64,000 bases of DNA, taken from positions 160,001-224,000 of the forward strand of contig CBDCUI010000009.1 of the NCBI GenBank assembly GCA_965222615.1. The letters run 5' to 3'. How positions within the stretch are numbered: position 1 is the stretch's first letter; the number at the start of each line of letters is the position of its first letter. The notes beneath the pieces were generated by a model, which was given only the letters and a program-made list of their open reading frames with translations, was not told the DNA's origin and did not search any database. Of the stretch, positions 49,251 to 62,742 are shown one piece after another. Position numbers and translations under genes: made by a program. The stretch comes from Gammaproteobacteria bacterium (lineage in GTDB: Bacteria > Pseudomonadota > Gammaproteobacteria > UBA4575).

Positions 49251-50492
49251 CTAGTGGCTTGCAGCCGTAGCGCCAGCTTCATTGGATAACTTAAAGGTTT
49301 TAAAACGATCAAGACTGAAAGGCCGGATCATTTCAGCAGTTTTTTCGTTTGCAATCGTTTCTGCCATGCACTTGCCGGATATAGGCGTCGCTTTGAAGCC
49401 CCAGGTACCCCAGCCGGCATCCAGCCAATAATTTTTCACCGGGCTTTCACCCATAATCGGGCTGTAATCCGGAGTCATATCCGTGATACCGGCCCATTGA
49501 CGTAACAGCTTCAGTTCTGCAAAAAAGGGAAATAATTCCAATGTATGTGCAATCAGGCTTTCTTTTAGACCTAGTGTGGAACGAGTCGAGTACAGCTCAT
49601 AAGGATCGGAACCGCCACCAATTACAATTTCTCCGCGTGCAGTTTGCGAGACATAGGTATGTAATCCTGCAGAACTTACTAGGGGATCAAGGAAAGGCTT
49701 AATAGGCTGAGTTACCATCGCCTGCAATGGATAGCTGCGAATCGGTAATAGAATACCTGCCATCTTTGCTACTACTGAGCTCATACCTGCAACTGCTTGA
49801 ATGGCATGTCTGCATTGAATTGTGCCGCGGTTCGTTTCAACTGCAGTCACTCTACCCGCATCAATCTGTATGCCGGTTACTTCAGTACGTTGGTGAATTT
49901 CAACACCGAGTTGTGCGGCACGCATAGCGTAGCCCCAGGCAACTGAATCATGTCTTGCGGTTCCACCATCACGATGCCAAAGCCCTGCGAGGATTGGAAA
50001 ACGCGCGTTTTTATCCATGTTCAAACAAGGTACGATTTCACGAATTTGTTTGCGATCAATCATTTCCGAGCGTACACTTAAATGTTTGTTTACTTCTGCA
50101 CGCAAAGTAAAGGTGCGTACACTTGCATCGGTATGAGCCAGGGTAAGCTGACCCCGTTGTGAATACATTTGATTGTAACCAAGCTCGTTAGCCAGGTTTT
50201 TAAATAAATCTACAGATGCTTTATAGAATGCAACCGCTTCAGGAGAAATATAGTTCGAGCGAACTACCGCAGTATTGCGTGCAGTATTACCGCCTCCAAT
50301 ATAGCCTTTTTCGAGTACCACTACATTCGTAATATTGTGATAGCGTGCTAGATGATAAGCAGTAGACAGACCGTGACCGCCACCACCGATGATGACAACG
50401 TCATATGATTTTTTTAAATCACGTGGAGCTGGAATATCGCGACGCGCAGGATATTGAGATGCAAGACCATATTTTAATAAACCCCAAGGCAT
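49251..50492 (-). CDS. mgdA: N-methylglutamate dehydrogenase subunit A (sarcosine oxidase beta-like)
   Basis: GGGGHGL, GGGNTARNT..RSNY, ARHD.VAWGYA, GWGTWGFKATP; context with gmaS and mgs. Confidence 0.85.
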   Translation of the reverse strand: MPWGLLKYGLASQYPARRDIPAPRDLKKSYDVVIIGGGGHGLSTAYHLARYHNITNVVVLEKGYIGGGNTARNTAVVRSNYISPEAVAFYKASVDLFKNLANELGYNQMYSQRGQLTLAHTDASVRTFTLRAEVNKHLSVRSEMIDRKQIREIVPCLNMDKNARFPILAGLWHRDGGTARHDSVAWGYAMRAAQLGVEIHQRTEVTGIQIDAGRVTAVETNRGTIQCRHAIQAVAGMSSVVAKMAGILLPIRSYPLQAMVTQPIKPFLDPLVSSAGLHTYVSQTARGEIVIGGGSDPYELYSTRSTLGLKESLIAHTLELFPFFAELKLLRQWAGITDMTPDYSPIMGESPVKNYWLDAGWGTWGFKATPISGKCMAETIANEKTAEMIRPFSLDRFKTFKLSNEAGATAASH

Positions 50493-50541
50493 AAATGTTT
50501 CCAGCTTTAGTTAATCGAACCAATACAACTGTGATAGTTCA

Positions 50542-52215
50542 TTAAAACAGTCCAATAATTTCGTTATTTTCATCGATGTCAATATTATTTGCTGCGGGTA
50601 TTTTTGGAAGTCCCGGCATGGTCATGATATGGCCACATAAGACCACTAAAAATTCAGCCCCTGCAGACAAATATACGTCTTTAATAGGCACAACATGCCC
50701 AGAAGGAGCGCCGCGCAAATCTGGATCGGTTGAAAAAGAATACTGAGTCTTGGCCATACATATTGGAAAATGTCCATAACCTTCATCTTGGTAGCGCTTA
50801 ATTTTATTGCGAGTCTTGGTTTCAGCAATTACGTCACTGGCACCATAAATTTTTCCAGCTATTTTAGTAATTTTCGTCCACAGGAAATCGGTCTCTTCAT
50901 AAGCAAAATGAAGATCAGGTGGAATATGGGCAATTTCGTCTACCACTTCTTTTGCCAAGTCTTCTGCACCGGCTCCACCATGTGCCCAATGATTACATTC
51001 AATCATTTTTATTCCATGGTGCGCCATTTTTTCCTGCAGGAGTAAAATTTCCGCATCCGTATCAGTTGTAAATCGATTAATCGCAACCACACAAGGTAAA
51101 CCAAAATGATTGCGGATATTGTTGATATGGCGTTCTAAATTTGGAATACCCTTTTCAAGGGCGGCAAGATTTTCTTCTTCTATATTATTAAGCTCAGCAT
51201 GTCCGTGAAACTTCAGTGCACGAATCGTTGCCACCACGACGACTAAAGATGGGTTGAGATCGGCTTTTCTACATTTTATATCGAGAAATTTTTCTGCGCC
51301 TAAATCCGCACCAAAGCCTGCTTCCGTAACTACATAATCCGCAAGTTTTAAAGCTGCTTTAGTAGCAATCACTGAATTGCAACCGTGAGCGATATTGCCA
51401 AAAGGGCCACCATGTATAAATGCAGGATTATTTTCCAAGGTCTGCACTAAATTAGGCTTGATTGCATCTTTTAATAAAGCTGCCATGGCGCCTTGGGCAT
51501 TGAGATCACGGGCATGAATGACTTCACCGTTATTTTTATAGCCGCAAATAATATTGCCAAGGCGTGTACGTAGATCTTGTATCGAAGTGGCTAAACACAA
51601 GATCGCCATAATTTCAGAAGCAGTGACAATATCAAAACCAGTTTCCCTAGGATGCCCATTTACCACACCACCCATGCCAACCATAATTTTACGAAGGGCA
51701 CGATCATTTAAGTCAACTACTCTCTTCCATAAGATACGGCGATCATCAAAATTTAGTTGATTCCCTTGTTGAAGATGATTGTCAATCAGTGCTGCAAGCA
51801 GGTTATGCGCAAGGCTGATGGCATGAAAGTCACCAGTAAAATGTAAATTGATATCTTCCATGGGGACCACTTGTGCGTAGCCACCACCTGCGGCACCACC
51901 TTTCATACCAAAACAAGGGCCTAAAGAAGGTTCGCGTATGCAGATTAAGGCGCGTTTACCGATACGATTTAGTGCATCGCCTAAGCCAATGGTAGTTGTG
52001 GTTTTACCTTCTCCCGGTGGCGTAGGGCTGATGGCGGTAACCAGAATAAGCTTGCCATCTTCACGATCTTGTAAAGAATTAATAAAGTTTAGAGAGAGTT
52101 TGGCTTTGTAATGGCCATAGGGCTCAAGGTGTTGGTTTTCTATATTGAGTTTTTCATGTGCAACCTCTGCAATGTCCTGCATGGTTGCTTGTTTTGCAAT
52201 ATCGATGTCAGCCAT
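50542..52215 (-). CDS. fhs: Formate--tetrahydrofolate ligase
   Basis: [55 protein letters not shown]. Confidence 0.97.
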   Translation of the reverse strand: MADIDIAKQATMQDIAEVAHEKLNIENQHLEPYGHYKAKLSLNFINSLQDREDGKLILVTAISPTPPGEGKTTTTIGLGDALNRIGKRALICIREPSLGPCFGMKGGAAGGGYAQVVPMEDINLHFTGDFHAISLAHNLLAALIDNHLQQGNQLNFDDRRILWKRVVDLNDRALRKIMVGMGGVVNGHPRETGFDIVTASEIMAILCLATSIQDLRTRLGNIICGYKNNGEVIHARDLNAQGAMAALLKDAIKPNLVQTLENNPAFIHGGPFGNIAHGCNSVIATKAALKLADYVVTEAGFGADLGAEKFLDIKCRKADLNPSLVVVVATIRALKFHGHAELNNIEEENLAALEKGIPNLERHINNIRNHFGLPCVVAINRFTTDTDAEILLLQEKMAHHGIKMIECNHWAHGGAGAEDLAKEVVDEIAHIPPDLHFAYEETDFLWTKITKIAGKIYGASDVIAETKTRNKIKRYQDEGYGHFPICMAKTQYSFSTDPDLRGAPSGHVVPIKDVYLSAGAEFLVVLCGHIMTMPGLPKIPAANNIDIDENNEIIGLF

Positions 52216-52337
52216 AGATTCGTCGATTCATGTTAGATATTTAAGTTGTCTTATCGTCTAAAAGGTCAAATACACTAATAGTGAAAGCAATATCTGACTT
52301 TCTAAATCGCTATAAAATTTTGTACTAAAACCGATAG

Positions 52338-52396
52338 ATGATTCGTTGTACGATAAATCTGGTCAATTGCTCGAAAGAATTACTACCTATTGAGTA
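52338..52396 (-). promoter_or_regulatory. NarL-like 7-2-7 box plus putative promoter of the fhs-mgd operon
   Basis: Minus strand TACTCAA-TA-GGTAGTA, 14 nt, TTGACC, 17 nt, AATCAT. Confidence 0.6.
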
Positions 52397-52561
52397 CGGA
52401 AAAACTTCCTAACTTCATTACTATTTATCTGTAAATTCTGTAGCCGACTTATTAGCCTGCACATAAAAATATTCCAGTGTACTTCAGTCCTTTTTGAACC
52501 AGTTTCTCAGCTAAATTTGAAATTTATAGCTTGGATTAAATATTAAAAAAACGAGTTAAAC

Positions 52562-53443
52562 ATGACAGCAGTATTAATAAATGGCAAAGCGATAGCTGTA
52601 AATATAAAAGCCGAAGTAACTGACCAAGTACATGTATTAAAAGAGCAGGGGATACAACCTTGTCTGGCGGTTATTTTAGTCGGAGATGATCCCGCTTCTC
52701 ACACTTATGTTGGTGCTAAGCAAAAAGCCTGTGAGCAAGTGGGAATTCAATCTATACAGCATAACCTCCCTGTAGATATAGCCGAAAGTACCTTGCTCGA
52801 TTTGATTAATGAATTAAACCAAGATTCGAACGTACATGGAATTTTGGTACAGTTGCCATTGCCTAGCCACATAGATGAAAACAAAATTATTCAAACAATT
52901 AAGCCTCATAAAGATGTAGATGGCTTTCATCCTTTTAATGTAGGGCGCTTATCAACAGGACTAGATACATTAATTTCCTGTACTCCGTACGGCGTATCAG
53001 AACTGATTGCCAGAACTGGAATAGATACATCTGGCAAACATGCTGTAATTGTAGGTCGAAGTAATATCGTGGGTAAGCCGCTAATGAATTTACTTGTTCA
53101 AAAAGCAAAACATGCAAATGCCACGGTTACAGTTTGTCACTCTAGAACAAAAAATATAAAGGCACATACTTGCCAAGCAGATATTTTGATTGCGGCGATA
53201 GGGAAGGCCCGTTTTATTTCTGCTGACATGGTAAAGCCAGGCGCAGTGGTTATTGATGTTGGGATTAATCGTATTGAAATAGATGGAAAACGTCGCTTAG
53301 TAGGAGATGTTGATTTTGGTAGTGTAAAAGATGTCGCTTCAGCAATAACGCCGGTACCAGGTGGAGTAGGCCCAATGACAGTTGCTATGCTAATGAAAAA
53401 TGTTGCTAAGGCTGCAGACCAATTCAGTGAGTTAAAAACATAG
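52562..53443 (+). CDS. folD: Methylenetetrahydrofolate dehydrogenase/cyclohydrolase
   Basis: VGDDPAS..YV, GILVQLPLP, KDVDG, GRSNIVGKP, TPVPGGVGPMT. Confidence 0.97.
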   Translation: MTAVLINGKAIAVNIKAEVTDQVHVLKEQGIQPCLAVILVGDDPASHTYVGAKQKACEQVGIQSIQHNLPVDIAESTLLDLINELNQDSNVHGILVQLPLPSHIDENKIIQTIKPHKDVDGFHPFNVGRLSTGLDTLISCTPYGVSELIARTGIDTSGKHAVIVGRSNIVGKPLMNLLVQKAKHANATVTVCHSRTKNIKAHTCQADILIAAIGKARFISADMVKPGAVVIDVGINRIEIDGKRRLVGDVDFGSVKDVASAITPVPGGVGPMTVAMLMKNVAKAADQFSELKT

Positions 53444-53450
53444 ATACTCG

Positions 53451-54215
53451 CTATAGCTGTTTGCTGAGAACCATATCAACTGCCTCACTGATGTCATTTG
53501 CAACAAGTGGAGACGTAGCTGTTATTTGTTGTTCATCATTGGGTCGGTATTTACCGGTTCTAACAAGAATTGCCTGAAGGCCAGCATCTAAGGCTCCGTT
53601 TACGTCCGCTTCAACATCATCGCCTACCATCATAACTTGATCAGGTGGGCAGCTGAATTCTTTAATTGCTTGGTGAAAAAATTCTTTTGCAGGTTTGCCG
53701 AGTATGGTTGCTTTAGCACCACTAGCATATTCAAGTGCATGCACAAAAGGCCCGGTATCTAAACTAAAACCACTTTCTTCTTTAAAATAACGGTTATCTC
53801 CCATTGCTAACAGTGGTGCACCTTCAAATAGTAATTGAAACGCAGCATTTAACATTTCATACGTAAAGCTAGAACCCGCATCGCCGAGTAATACTGAGTC
53901 AAATTCTTGATGTTTAAATTCTGAAAACTCAGGGTGAAGATCTGGGTGTATCAACAAAAAAGGGCATAGATTTTTTTCTCTTATATAGCTTTGTGCAGCT
54001 AAGGGAGCAGTAAACAGTTGATCTTTGGAAATATCTAAGTTCATCTTAGCAAGTTTTTTTATGATTGCTGCACGAGTGCTTCGCGTCGTGTTTGTGATAA
54101 ATCGTATGGGAAAATGATTTGTGTGTAATCGATCAATTGCAGTCAAAGCACCGGCAATGGGGTTGTTTCCTACATAGATAACTCCGCTTAAATCTAATAG
54201 TACACCTTTAATCAT
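53451..54215 (-). CDS. HAD-IIA hydrolase (LHPP/HDHD2-like)
   Basis: LLDLSGV, ITNTT, GKP...FF, MVGDD...DV.GA, VRTGKYR. Confidence 0.9.
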   Translation of the reverse strand: MIKGVLLDLSGVIYVGNNPIAGALTAIDRLHTNHFPIRFITNTTRSTRAAIIKKLAKMNLDISKDQLFTAPLAAQSYIREKNLCPFLLIHPDLHPEFSEFKHQEFDSVLLGDAGSSFTYEMLNAAFQLLFEGAPLLAMGDNRYFKEESGFSLDTGPFVHALEYASGAKATILGKPAKEFFHQAIKEFSCPPDQVMMVGDDVEADVNGALDAGLQAILVRTGKYRPNDEQQITATSPLVANDISEAVDMVLSKQL

Positions 54216-54521
54216 GGCATAAATTTCCAGACTTGATTTGTACTAATTATTATGCGCGCAGTAGAGAGAATAAATAACCAGTTTGAATTAAATATAAGTA
54301 TTATTTATTTTGGCATTTTAATTATTCTTTAAATTACGCAATCATTGTGTGTATTCATGTTATTAGTAATTTTAAACATGAAGAGGTCTTGGCAAAATCT
54401 CCATACATTGAAAAATTGTCTGATTTGTAATTATTGGATATCAGTTACCAAGTATTCCTAAATAAACACTAGCGACTAACTGCCCTAGATCAGTAATAGC
54501 AGTCATAAATCGATGATTTAG

Positions 54522-54580
54522 TACTCCCTTTTAGGTACGTCTGAAGTGAAATTGACCCCTGCTTCTGCGGGCGAGACCAT
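54522..54580 (+). promoter_or_regulatory. NarL-like 7-2-7 box plus putative promoter of tmd
   Basis: TACTCCC-TT-TTAGGTA, 14 nt, TTGACC, 17 nt, GACCAT. Confidence 0.6.
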
Positions 54581-54772
54581 TTACTCAATAAGAAAGAACT
54601 TTTTAAGTCGTAATACTTAGGCGCAAGCGATATGTGGAGGGTCCTAGTACGCTAAACGGCGTATGTAATAACAAGTAAGTAACTGCTTAAACAGCTAACT
54701 TTCCCACGCAATAAATAAAAAAGCTATTGGCTTAATGCTAGAGGCTAAAAATTCTAAAACTTATACCGCTAA

Positions 54773-57095
<2,323 letters not shown>

Positions 57096-57181
57096 CATTT
57101 CCTTTTCAACACTGCATTTTACAGCTATGCGGTTGAGTCCTGAGTAATCATCCAAATACAAGCTGAAAAGAAGAACGGCTA

Positions 57182-59305
57182 ATGAATGACTCTGAGTTAA
57201 ACCATAACGCCGAACAAATTACTCGAATCCTATTTCAGGAATTCCCAACATGGATGTTGGTATCTTTTTATATTGCAGCTTTTGCGACTATTGCAATTTT
57301 TTTGTATGGCTGTTTTGTACAAGTGCGAAAGTATCGTTACGGCCAGCCTTTACATTTCAATGAGCTAGGCCAAGGAATTGTAGGCATGATAAAGGACGTC
57401 TTTAGTCACCGTACGATTAAGCGTCGTGATTCCTCTGCCGGTCTCCTTCATGCACTTATCTTTTTTGGTTTTGCGTTGTTGTTTATTGGCACTGCAATTA
57501 TCACGCTTGAATACGATATAACTGAACCATTAATCGGCTTTAAATTTTGGTATGGTTGGTTTTATTTATGGTTCTCGTTAATTCTAGATATAGCTGGTAT
57601 CTCATTGATAATTGGGCTTATTTATATGATGTATCGGCGCAAATGGTTAAAGCTGCCAAAGCTAGATTATACGCGACCTGATCGTGCGAAAGGTGAACCA
57701 GATTATGATCGCAGCGGGTATCGTCGAGAGGATTGGGCGTTTTTATGGACGCTTATCTTAATTGGAATCACGGGTTTTCTATTAGAAGCCACACGCTTGA
57801 CCTGGTTACAGAGTGATGCGAGTGTATGGGATTATCGTTGGTGGTCACCAGTAGGGACCTTAATTGCTTATCTATTCCAAAGTATTGGCTTGTCAGCCAC
57901 AGGGGGTGGCGTTCTACGACTTTATTTATGGTGGTTTCACGGTCTGCTAGCCTTTGCGTTCATTGCTTTAATCCCTTTTACTAAAGTTAAACATATTTTT
58001 ACGGCGATGGCTTCGCTTGCAGTACGCGATGCTAAACCTGCTGCACGCCTGCCCAAGGCAGACTTGGAAAGTGAGACCATTGGTTATAACAAAATTACAG
58101 ATCTAAATTGGAAACATCTGCTACAGGCGGATGCTTGTACCAAATGTGGGCGTTGTCATGAAGCCTGTCCAGCTAATGCAACGGGATTTCCGTTATCACC
58201 TCGTGATGTGATATTAACTTTACGTGAATTGGCAATAAACACATTAGAGCGTGCTGTCTTACCAGATGACACGGCTTTAGCGGTTATTGGCGATCAGGTA
58301 AATCAAGTACGCACAGAGACACTTTGGTCTTGTAGAACTTGTGCAGCATGTGTGGAGATTTGCCCAGTAGGGATTGAACACGTTCCAATCATTGTAGAGA
58401 TGCGTAGATCGCTTGTGGAAGAAGGCGAGATGGACTCTACTTTACAAACAGCATTACAGCAGATTCAAAAAAAAGGCAATTCCTTTGGTGAGAATAAACG
58501 CAAAAGATCTGCATGGACAAAGAAACTTGATTTTCAAATCAAAGATGCACGTAAGGAAGTAGTAGATGTACTTTGGTTTGTAGGTGACTTTGCCTCATTT
58601 GATCCACGTTATCAAAAAGTATCGCAATCATTCGCCCGTATTCTTAATTCTGCTGAAGTAGATTTTGGCATTCTCTATGAGGCAGAGATGAATGCGGGTA
58701 ATGATGTACGGCGTGTTGGTGAAGAAGGGCTCTATGAGCATCTGGTAGAAACCAATGTTGATAGTTTAGCGGGTTGTGAATTCAATCGCATCGTGACAAC
58801 AGATCCGCATTCTTTTAATACGATAAAAAATGAATATCCAGAATTCGAAGGAAAATTTGAAATAGAACATGCTAGTACGCTAATCAAGCGCTTACTTACC
58901 TCGAATCAAATCAAATTAACTAAAAAATTAAGCAATCGAGTCACGTATCACGACCCGTGTCATTTAGGTCGGCTTAATAAAGGTTACGATGCACCACGTG
59001 ATGCCATTAAATTATTAGGTGCAGAGCTTGTAGAAATGGAGCGTTCTCGAGACAACTCTTTTTGTTGTGGTGCTGGTGGTGGACGTATCTGGATGGCAGA
59101 TCCTCTCGATAAAGACAAACCTGCTGAACATCGTATGCATGAAGCAGCACAGATTACCGACTTAGATACCTTTGTGGTGAATTGTCCCAAATGTATGAAT
59201 ATGTTTGAGGATGCGGTGAAATCTACGGGCCATGAAGACGATTTCGAAGTTAAAGAACTTATTGAATTGGTTGAGGAATGCATGGACTTTGGTATGGATG
59301 ATTAG
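57182..59305 (+). CDS. Membrane Fe-S oxidoreductase (NarI-like membrane domain + HdrC/HdrD CCG domains; FadF/DgcB-like)
   Basis: TM helices with His, CTKCGRCHEACP, CRTCAACVEICP, YHDPC.LGR, CCGAGGG, CPKC. Confidence 0.9.
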   Translation: MNDSELNHNAEQITRILFQEFPTWMLVSFYIAAFATIAIFLYGCFVQVRKYRYGQPLHFNELGQGIVGMIKDVFSHRTIKRRDSSAGLLHALIFFGFALLFIGTAIITLEYDITEPLIGFKFWYGWFYLWFSLILDIAGISLIIGLIYMMYRRKWLKLPKLDYTRPDRAKGEPDYDRSGYRREDWAFLWTLILIGITGFLLEATRLTWLQSDASVWDYRWWSPVGTLIAYLFQSIGLSATGGGVLRLYLWWFHGLLAFAFIALIPFTKVKHIFTAMASLAVRDAKPAARLPKADLESETIGYNKITDLNWKHLLQADACTKCGRCHEACPANATGFPLSPRDVILTLRELAINTLERAVLPDDTALAVIGDQVNQVRTETLWSCRTCAACVEICPVGIEHVPIIVEMRRSLVEEGEMDSTLQTALQQIQKKGNSFGENKRKRSAWTKKLDFQIKDARKEVVDVLWFVGDFASFDPRYQKVSQSFARILNSAEVDFGILYEAEMNAGNDVRRVGEEGLYEHLVETNVDSLAGCEFNRIVTTDPHSFNTIKNEYPEFEGKFEIEHASTLIKRLLTSNQIKLTKKLSNRVTYHDPCHLGRLNKGYDAPRDAIKLLGAELVEMERSRDNSFCCGAGGGRIWMADPLDKDKPAEHRMHEAAQITDLDTFVVNCPKCMNMFEDAVKSTGHEDDFEVKELIELVEECMDFGMDD

Positions 59306-59347
59306 ATTTAAAATTTATAAATGCTAAAAAAATTATTTTGCTTTTGA

Positions 59348-60757
59348 ATGATGCTGTTATTAATAAATCCATTTCAACACGATCCTGTAGCAATGGATAA
59401 GTCTATAAATAATTTGATTAATCACACACTAAGTCGGGAAGATCCGTACTGTGCAGCGGCATTACATCCATATGTTGCATCAAAGATGCAAGAGCAATTA
59501 GAAGAGATAATATTTGCTACAAAAAAATTAAAACTTTTATTTTCAGGAGTAGTCTACACGCCGTTAAGTGTACTAGAAAAATTAACACACGATAGGGATA
59601 TAAAAATTCGAACTCGTGTTGCACGACACCCATCAATTTCGGATGCAGTGTTGATGAGGCTGATAAAAGAAGATGAACGATTACCTATTTTAGTCGCTAT
59701 TGCTACTAATCAACATGCCAGTCAACAAGTTTTAGAACAGCTCCCTTGGCGAGAAATTAATGAGGTTAGACAAGCCCTCTATAAAAATATGAACACAGGG
59801 GCTACTGTGCTTAACGCGCTATTAGAGAACAGCTCGCTATTGCAAAAAAAAGAAATTGCTAAAAATTCAAATATAAACGCGAAAATTTTAAACAAATTAT
59901 GGGCAAGTAAAGATGAGTATTTGCGCGCAGAAGTTATTGCACATCAAAATTGTCCCGTAGAATTAATGCTAGAAGCTCAGCAAAGTAAATCATCATTGAT
60001 ACGTAGAATGTTAGCTTCGAATCCAAATATTCCAACTAATACTTTAATATCGCTATTAAATGATGCAGTTGCCCAGGTGCGTGCTGCAGCAACACGTAAT
60101 TTGTTATTGCCTGAAGATCAACTTGATGTCATCAAGGATGATCCATCTAATCAAGTCAGACGTAACCAGGCGAGACGACCAAAACTTGAATATGGCGTGG
60201 TAAAGCACCTTGCAAGTGATAATGATTCATGGGTACGTCGATGGATTGCGCGTAATGTCGATACACCCCCAGAGATACTACTCGACTTAGCTGAAGATGC
60301 AGTAAGAGAAGTACGCCGTAGTGTGGCCTGTCATCCATCTTGCCCACAATCCTTGGTACTAAGGCTTGCAAATGACTCAAGTGCATGGGTCAGGGCAGGG
60401 ATTGCAGCCCGCGAGGACATATCTATAGAAGTCATACGTAAATTTGCGACCGAAACTGACCTCGATGTGATTTCAGCGGTGGGGAGGAATTCAAATACAC
60501 CAGAGGATATTTTATTAGACATTACAGAGCATCCAGACAAAGATGCACGTCGCGCAGTTATTTTAAATAGCAGCGCTCCGTATAGTGTTGTTAACAATCT
60601 CTTAAACGATCCCTATCCACTCAATCGCTTTATGTTGATCGAACATTCTGTTTTGACAGACACAGACTTGTGGCAATTAACCGCGGACCCAGAGGCCCAA
60701 GTGAGGTTCAGGGCTACTTCGGTTTTGGCACAACGTCTAAGCAATAAAATAAAGTAA
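59348..60757 (+). CDS. Leucine-rich repeat variant / HEAT-like repeat protein (start may be 59392)
   Basis: ~24-aa repeats L..LA.D....VR..VA.NP..P along the whole ORF. Confidence 0.85.
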   Translation: MMLLLINPFQHDPVAMDKSINNLINHTLSREDPYCAAALHPYVASKMQEQLEEIIFATKKLKLLFSGVVYTPLSVLEKLTHDRDIKIRTRVARHPSISDAVLMRLIKEDERLPILVAIATNQHASQQVLEQLPWREINEVRQALYKNMNTGATVLNALLENSSLLQKKEIAKNSNINAKILNKLWASKDEYLRAEVIAHQNCPVELMLEAQQSKSSLIRRMLASNPNIPTNTLISLLNDAVAQVRAAATRNLLLPEDQLDVIKDDPSNQVRRNQARRPKLEYGVVKHLASDNDSWVRRWIARNVDTPPEILLDLAEDAVREVRRSVACHPSCPQSLVLRLANDSSAWVRAGIAAREDISIEVIRKFATETDLDVISAVGRNSNTPEDILLDITEHPDKDARRAVILNSSAPYSVVNNLLNDPYPLNRFMLIEHSVLTDTDLWQLTADPEAQVRFRATSVLAQRLSNKIK

Positions 60758-60812
60758 TTTCAATTAGATATTAAGTATTCTTAATGTAAATTAAATTTAT
60801 GGAGTCAGCCAA

Positions 60813-61607
60813 ATGAAGATACTTGTACCGATTAAACAGGTAGCAACACTCGATGAAGACTTTGAAGTTCGCGAGGACGGTAAAGATGCCGACCCAGATT
60901 ATCTCGATTACGAGCTCAATGAGTGGGACGATTATTCTTATGAAGCCGCATTACAGATAATGGAAGCACATGATGCTGTGGAAGTTATTCCTGTCACAGT
61001 TGGGTCAGAAGAAGCAGAAGATGGTTTGCGCAAGTGTTTGGCAAAGGGGGGCGAACGTGGCATTCGTATATGGGACGATGCTTTAGAAAATTCCAATCCA
61101 CTTGTAATAAGCAAGGTACTTGCAAAAGTTGCTGAAAAGGAAAATGCCGACATGGTATTTGTAGGTACTTTGTCATCAGATCATGCCTTTGCAAGTACTG
61201 GAGTCGGTATTGCTGCTGAGCTGGACTGGCCACATGTCGCAGTGGTTTCAAGTTTGGAATACAAACCGGGTGATCCATCAGCCAAAGTTCGACGCGAGTT
61301 AGAAGGCGGTATCGAAGAAGAACTCAAAGTGCAATGTCCTGCAGTTTTAACCATTCAGCTTGGTATTAATGAACCTCGCTATTCTTCACTTCGTGGTATT
61401 AAACAGGCTAAAGCAAAGCCTATTGAAGAACTGTCACATAGCGACTTGGGTTTAAGTGATGACGAAGTAGGTGAAGCGGGGTCAGCCTTTCGTGTACGAC
61501 GTATGTATATCCCTGAAAAGGGGCAAGCAGAACTGATTGAGGGAACTGCAGCTGAACAAGCAGTGCGACTTACTGAAATCATTAAAGAACTACAAGGAGC
61601 AGCTTAA
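60813..61607 (+). CDS. etfB: Electron transfer flavoprotein beta subunit
   Basis: MKILVPIKQV, LNEWDDY, RRELEGG, INEPRY.SLRGI; resembles the TMADH-partner ETF. Confidence 0.95.
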   Translation: MKILVPIKQVATLDEDFEVREDGKDADPDYLDYELNEWDDYSYEAALQIMEAHDAVEVIPVTVGSEEAEDGLRKCLAKGGERGIRIWDDALENSNPLVISKVLAKVAEKENADMVFVGTLSSDHAFASTGVGIAAELDWPHVAVVSSLEYKPGDPSAKVRRELEGGIEEELKVQCPAVLTIQLGINEPRYSSLRGIKQAKAKPIEELSHSDLGLSDDEVGEAGSAFRVRRMYIPEKGQAELIEGTAAEQAVRLTEIIKELQGAA

Positions 61608-62569
61608 TGAATGGAATACTAGTTATTGCTGAACACCGACAAGGCGAGTTAAGTGCAGCCACACTTGAGACGATAGGGGCTGCCACTTTGCTCAAATCAC
61701 AACAACAGCAGCAACTAACTGTTGCTATATTAAGTAAAAATACCGATGCGTTTGTACAACAAGTAAGTGTTACTGGAGTGGATGAGGTAATTACTGTTGA
61801 AACGCCGGTTGATAATTTTCAATCAGATATATATGAAACGGCTGTTTTAGGACTCGCAAGTGAACATAAGCCGAGCGTGATCATGATGCCGCATAGCGTT
61901 GATGCTTGGGGGTATGTTCCAGCGGTGGCGGTTAAGGGTGATTATGGCTTAGCCACCGATGTATTTGACGTCAAATATGAAAACGATGAACTTATCGCTA
62001 CTCGTGCCGCCTATGCAGAAAAAATGCATATGGAAGTTGATTTTCCTGGTAAGGAAACCATCGTACTTACTATTCGTGGCAATGTATTCAAACCAGCTGA
62101 AGGGACTACCAGTCCAGAAGCATCCATATTTAATTTAGCTGATGTGCAAATGCGTACTGAACATTTGCAATTCATTGAACCGGAATCTAGTGGAGATGTA
62201 GATATCACTCAAGCCGAATATATGTTGTCTATTGGGCGAGGAATTAGTGAAGAAGATAATGTAGAACAATTTCAAGAGCTGGCAGACCTTATGGGCTTTA
62301 CACTAGGATGCTCGAGACCTATAGCTGATAACGGTTGGTTACCTAAATCTCGACAAGTAGGCCAATCTGGCAAAACTGTGACAAGTTGCAATGTCTATAT
62401 CGCCATGGGGATTTCTGGTTCGGTACAACATATGGCAGGAATGAAGCATGTACCTAATATCATCGCAGTAAATACCGATGCCGAAGCCTCTATATTTAGT
62501 ATTGCGAGATATGGCATCGTTGCTGATATCTTTGATATCGCTGATGAGCTACAAAATCACTTTACGTGA
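61607..62569 (+). CDS. etfA: Electron transfer flavoprotein alpha subunit
   Basis: SIGRG, GCSRP, RQVGQSGK, GISGSVQH.AGM, AVNTD..A.IF. Confidence 0.96.
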   Translation: MNGILVIAEHRQGELSAATLETIGAATLLKSQQQQQLTVAILSKNTDAFVQQVSVTGVDEVITVETPVDNFQSDIYETAVLGLASEHKPSVIMMPHSVDAWGYVPAVAVKGDYGLATDVFDVKYENDELIATRAAYAEKMHMEVDFPGKETIVLTIRGNVFKPAEGTTSPEASIFNLADVQMRTEHLQFIEPESSGDVDITQAEYMLSIGRGISEEDNVEQFQELADLMGFTLGCSRPIADNGWLPKSRQVGQSGKTVTSCNVYIAMGISGSVQHMAGMKHVPNIIAVNTDAEASIFSIARYGIVADIFDIADELQNHFT

Positions 62570-62600
62570 TCTAAATAGTCGAGAAACTGCTTTAAAGAAA

Positions 62601-62650
62601 GAGGCCTGCGCCTTAGTAGGGGTTTGAAAAGTTAAGCGCAGGCCTCATTT
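62601..62650. terminator. Inverted repeat between convergent etfA and porin genes
   Basis: GAGGCCTGCGC ... GCGCAGGCCTC (11-bp stem, 24-nt loop). Confidence 0.6.
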
Positions 62651-62742
62651 ACAACACCACGAAGAGGAGTACCTTCCTCGACTTTGATATGGAGGATATT
62701 TCAATATGACACGTGATGTTGTTTTTTTGCTTGTATCAGTAC

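Noticed and set aside
45305-50492. Sarcosine oxidase soxBDAG
   Set aside because: Same family, but CPLNG in the delta subunit and linkage to gmaS, mgs and fhs favour NMG dehydrogenase; not fully excluded without a phylogeny
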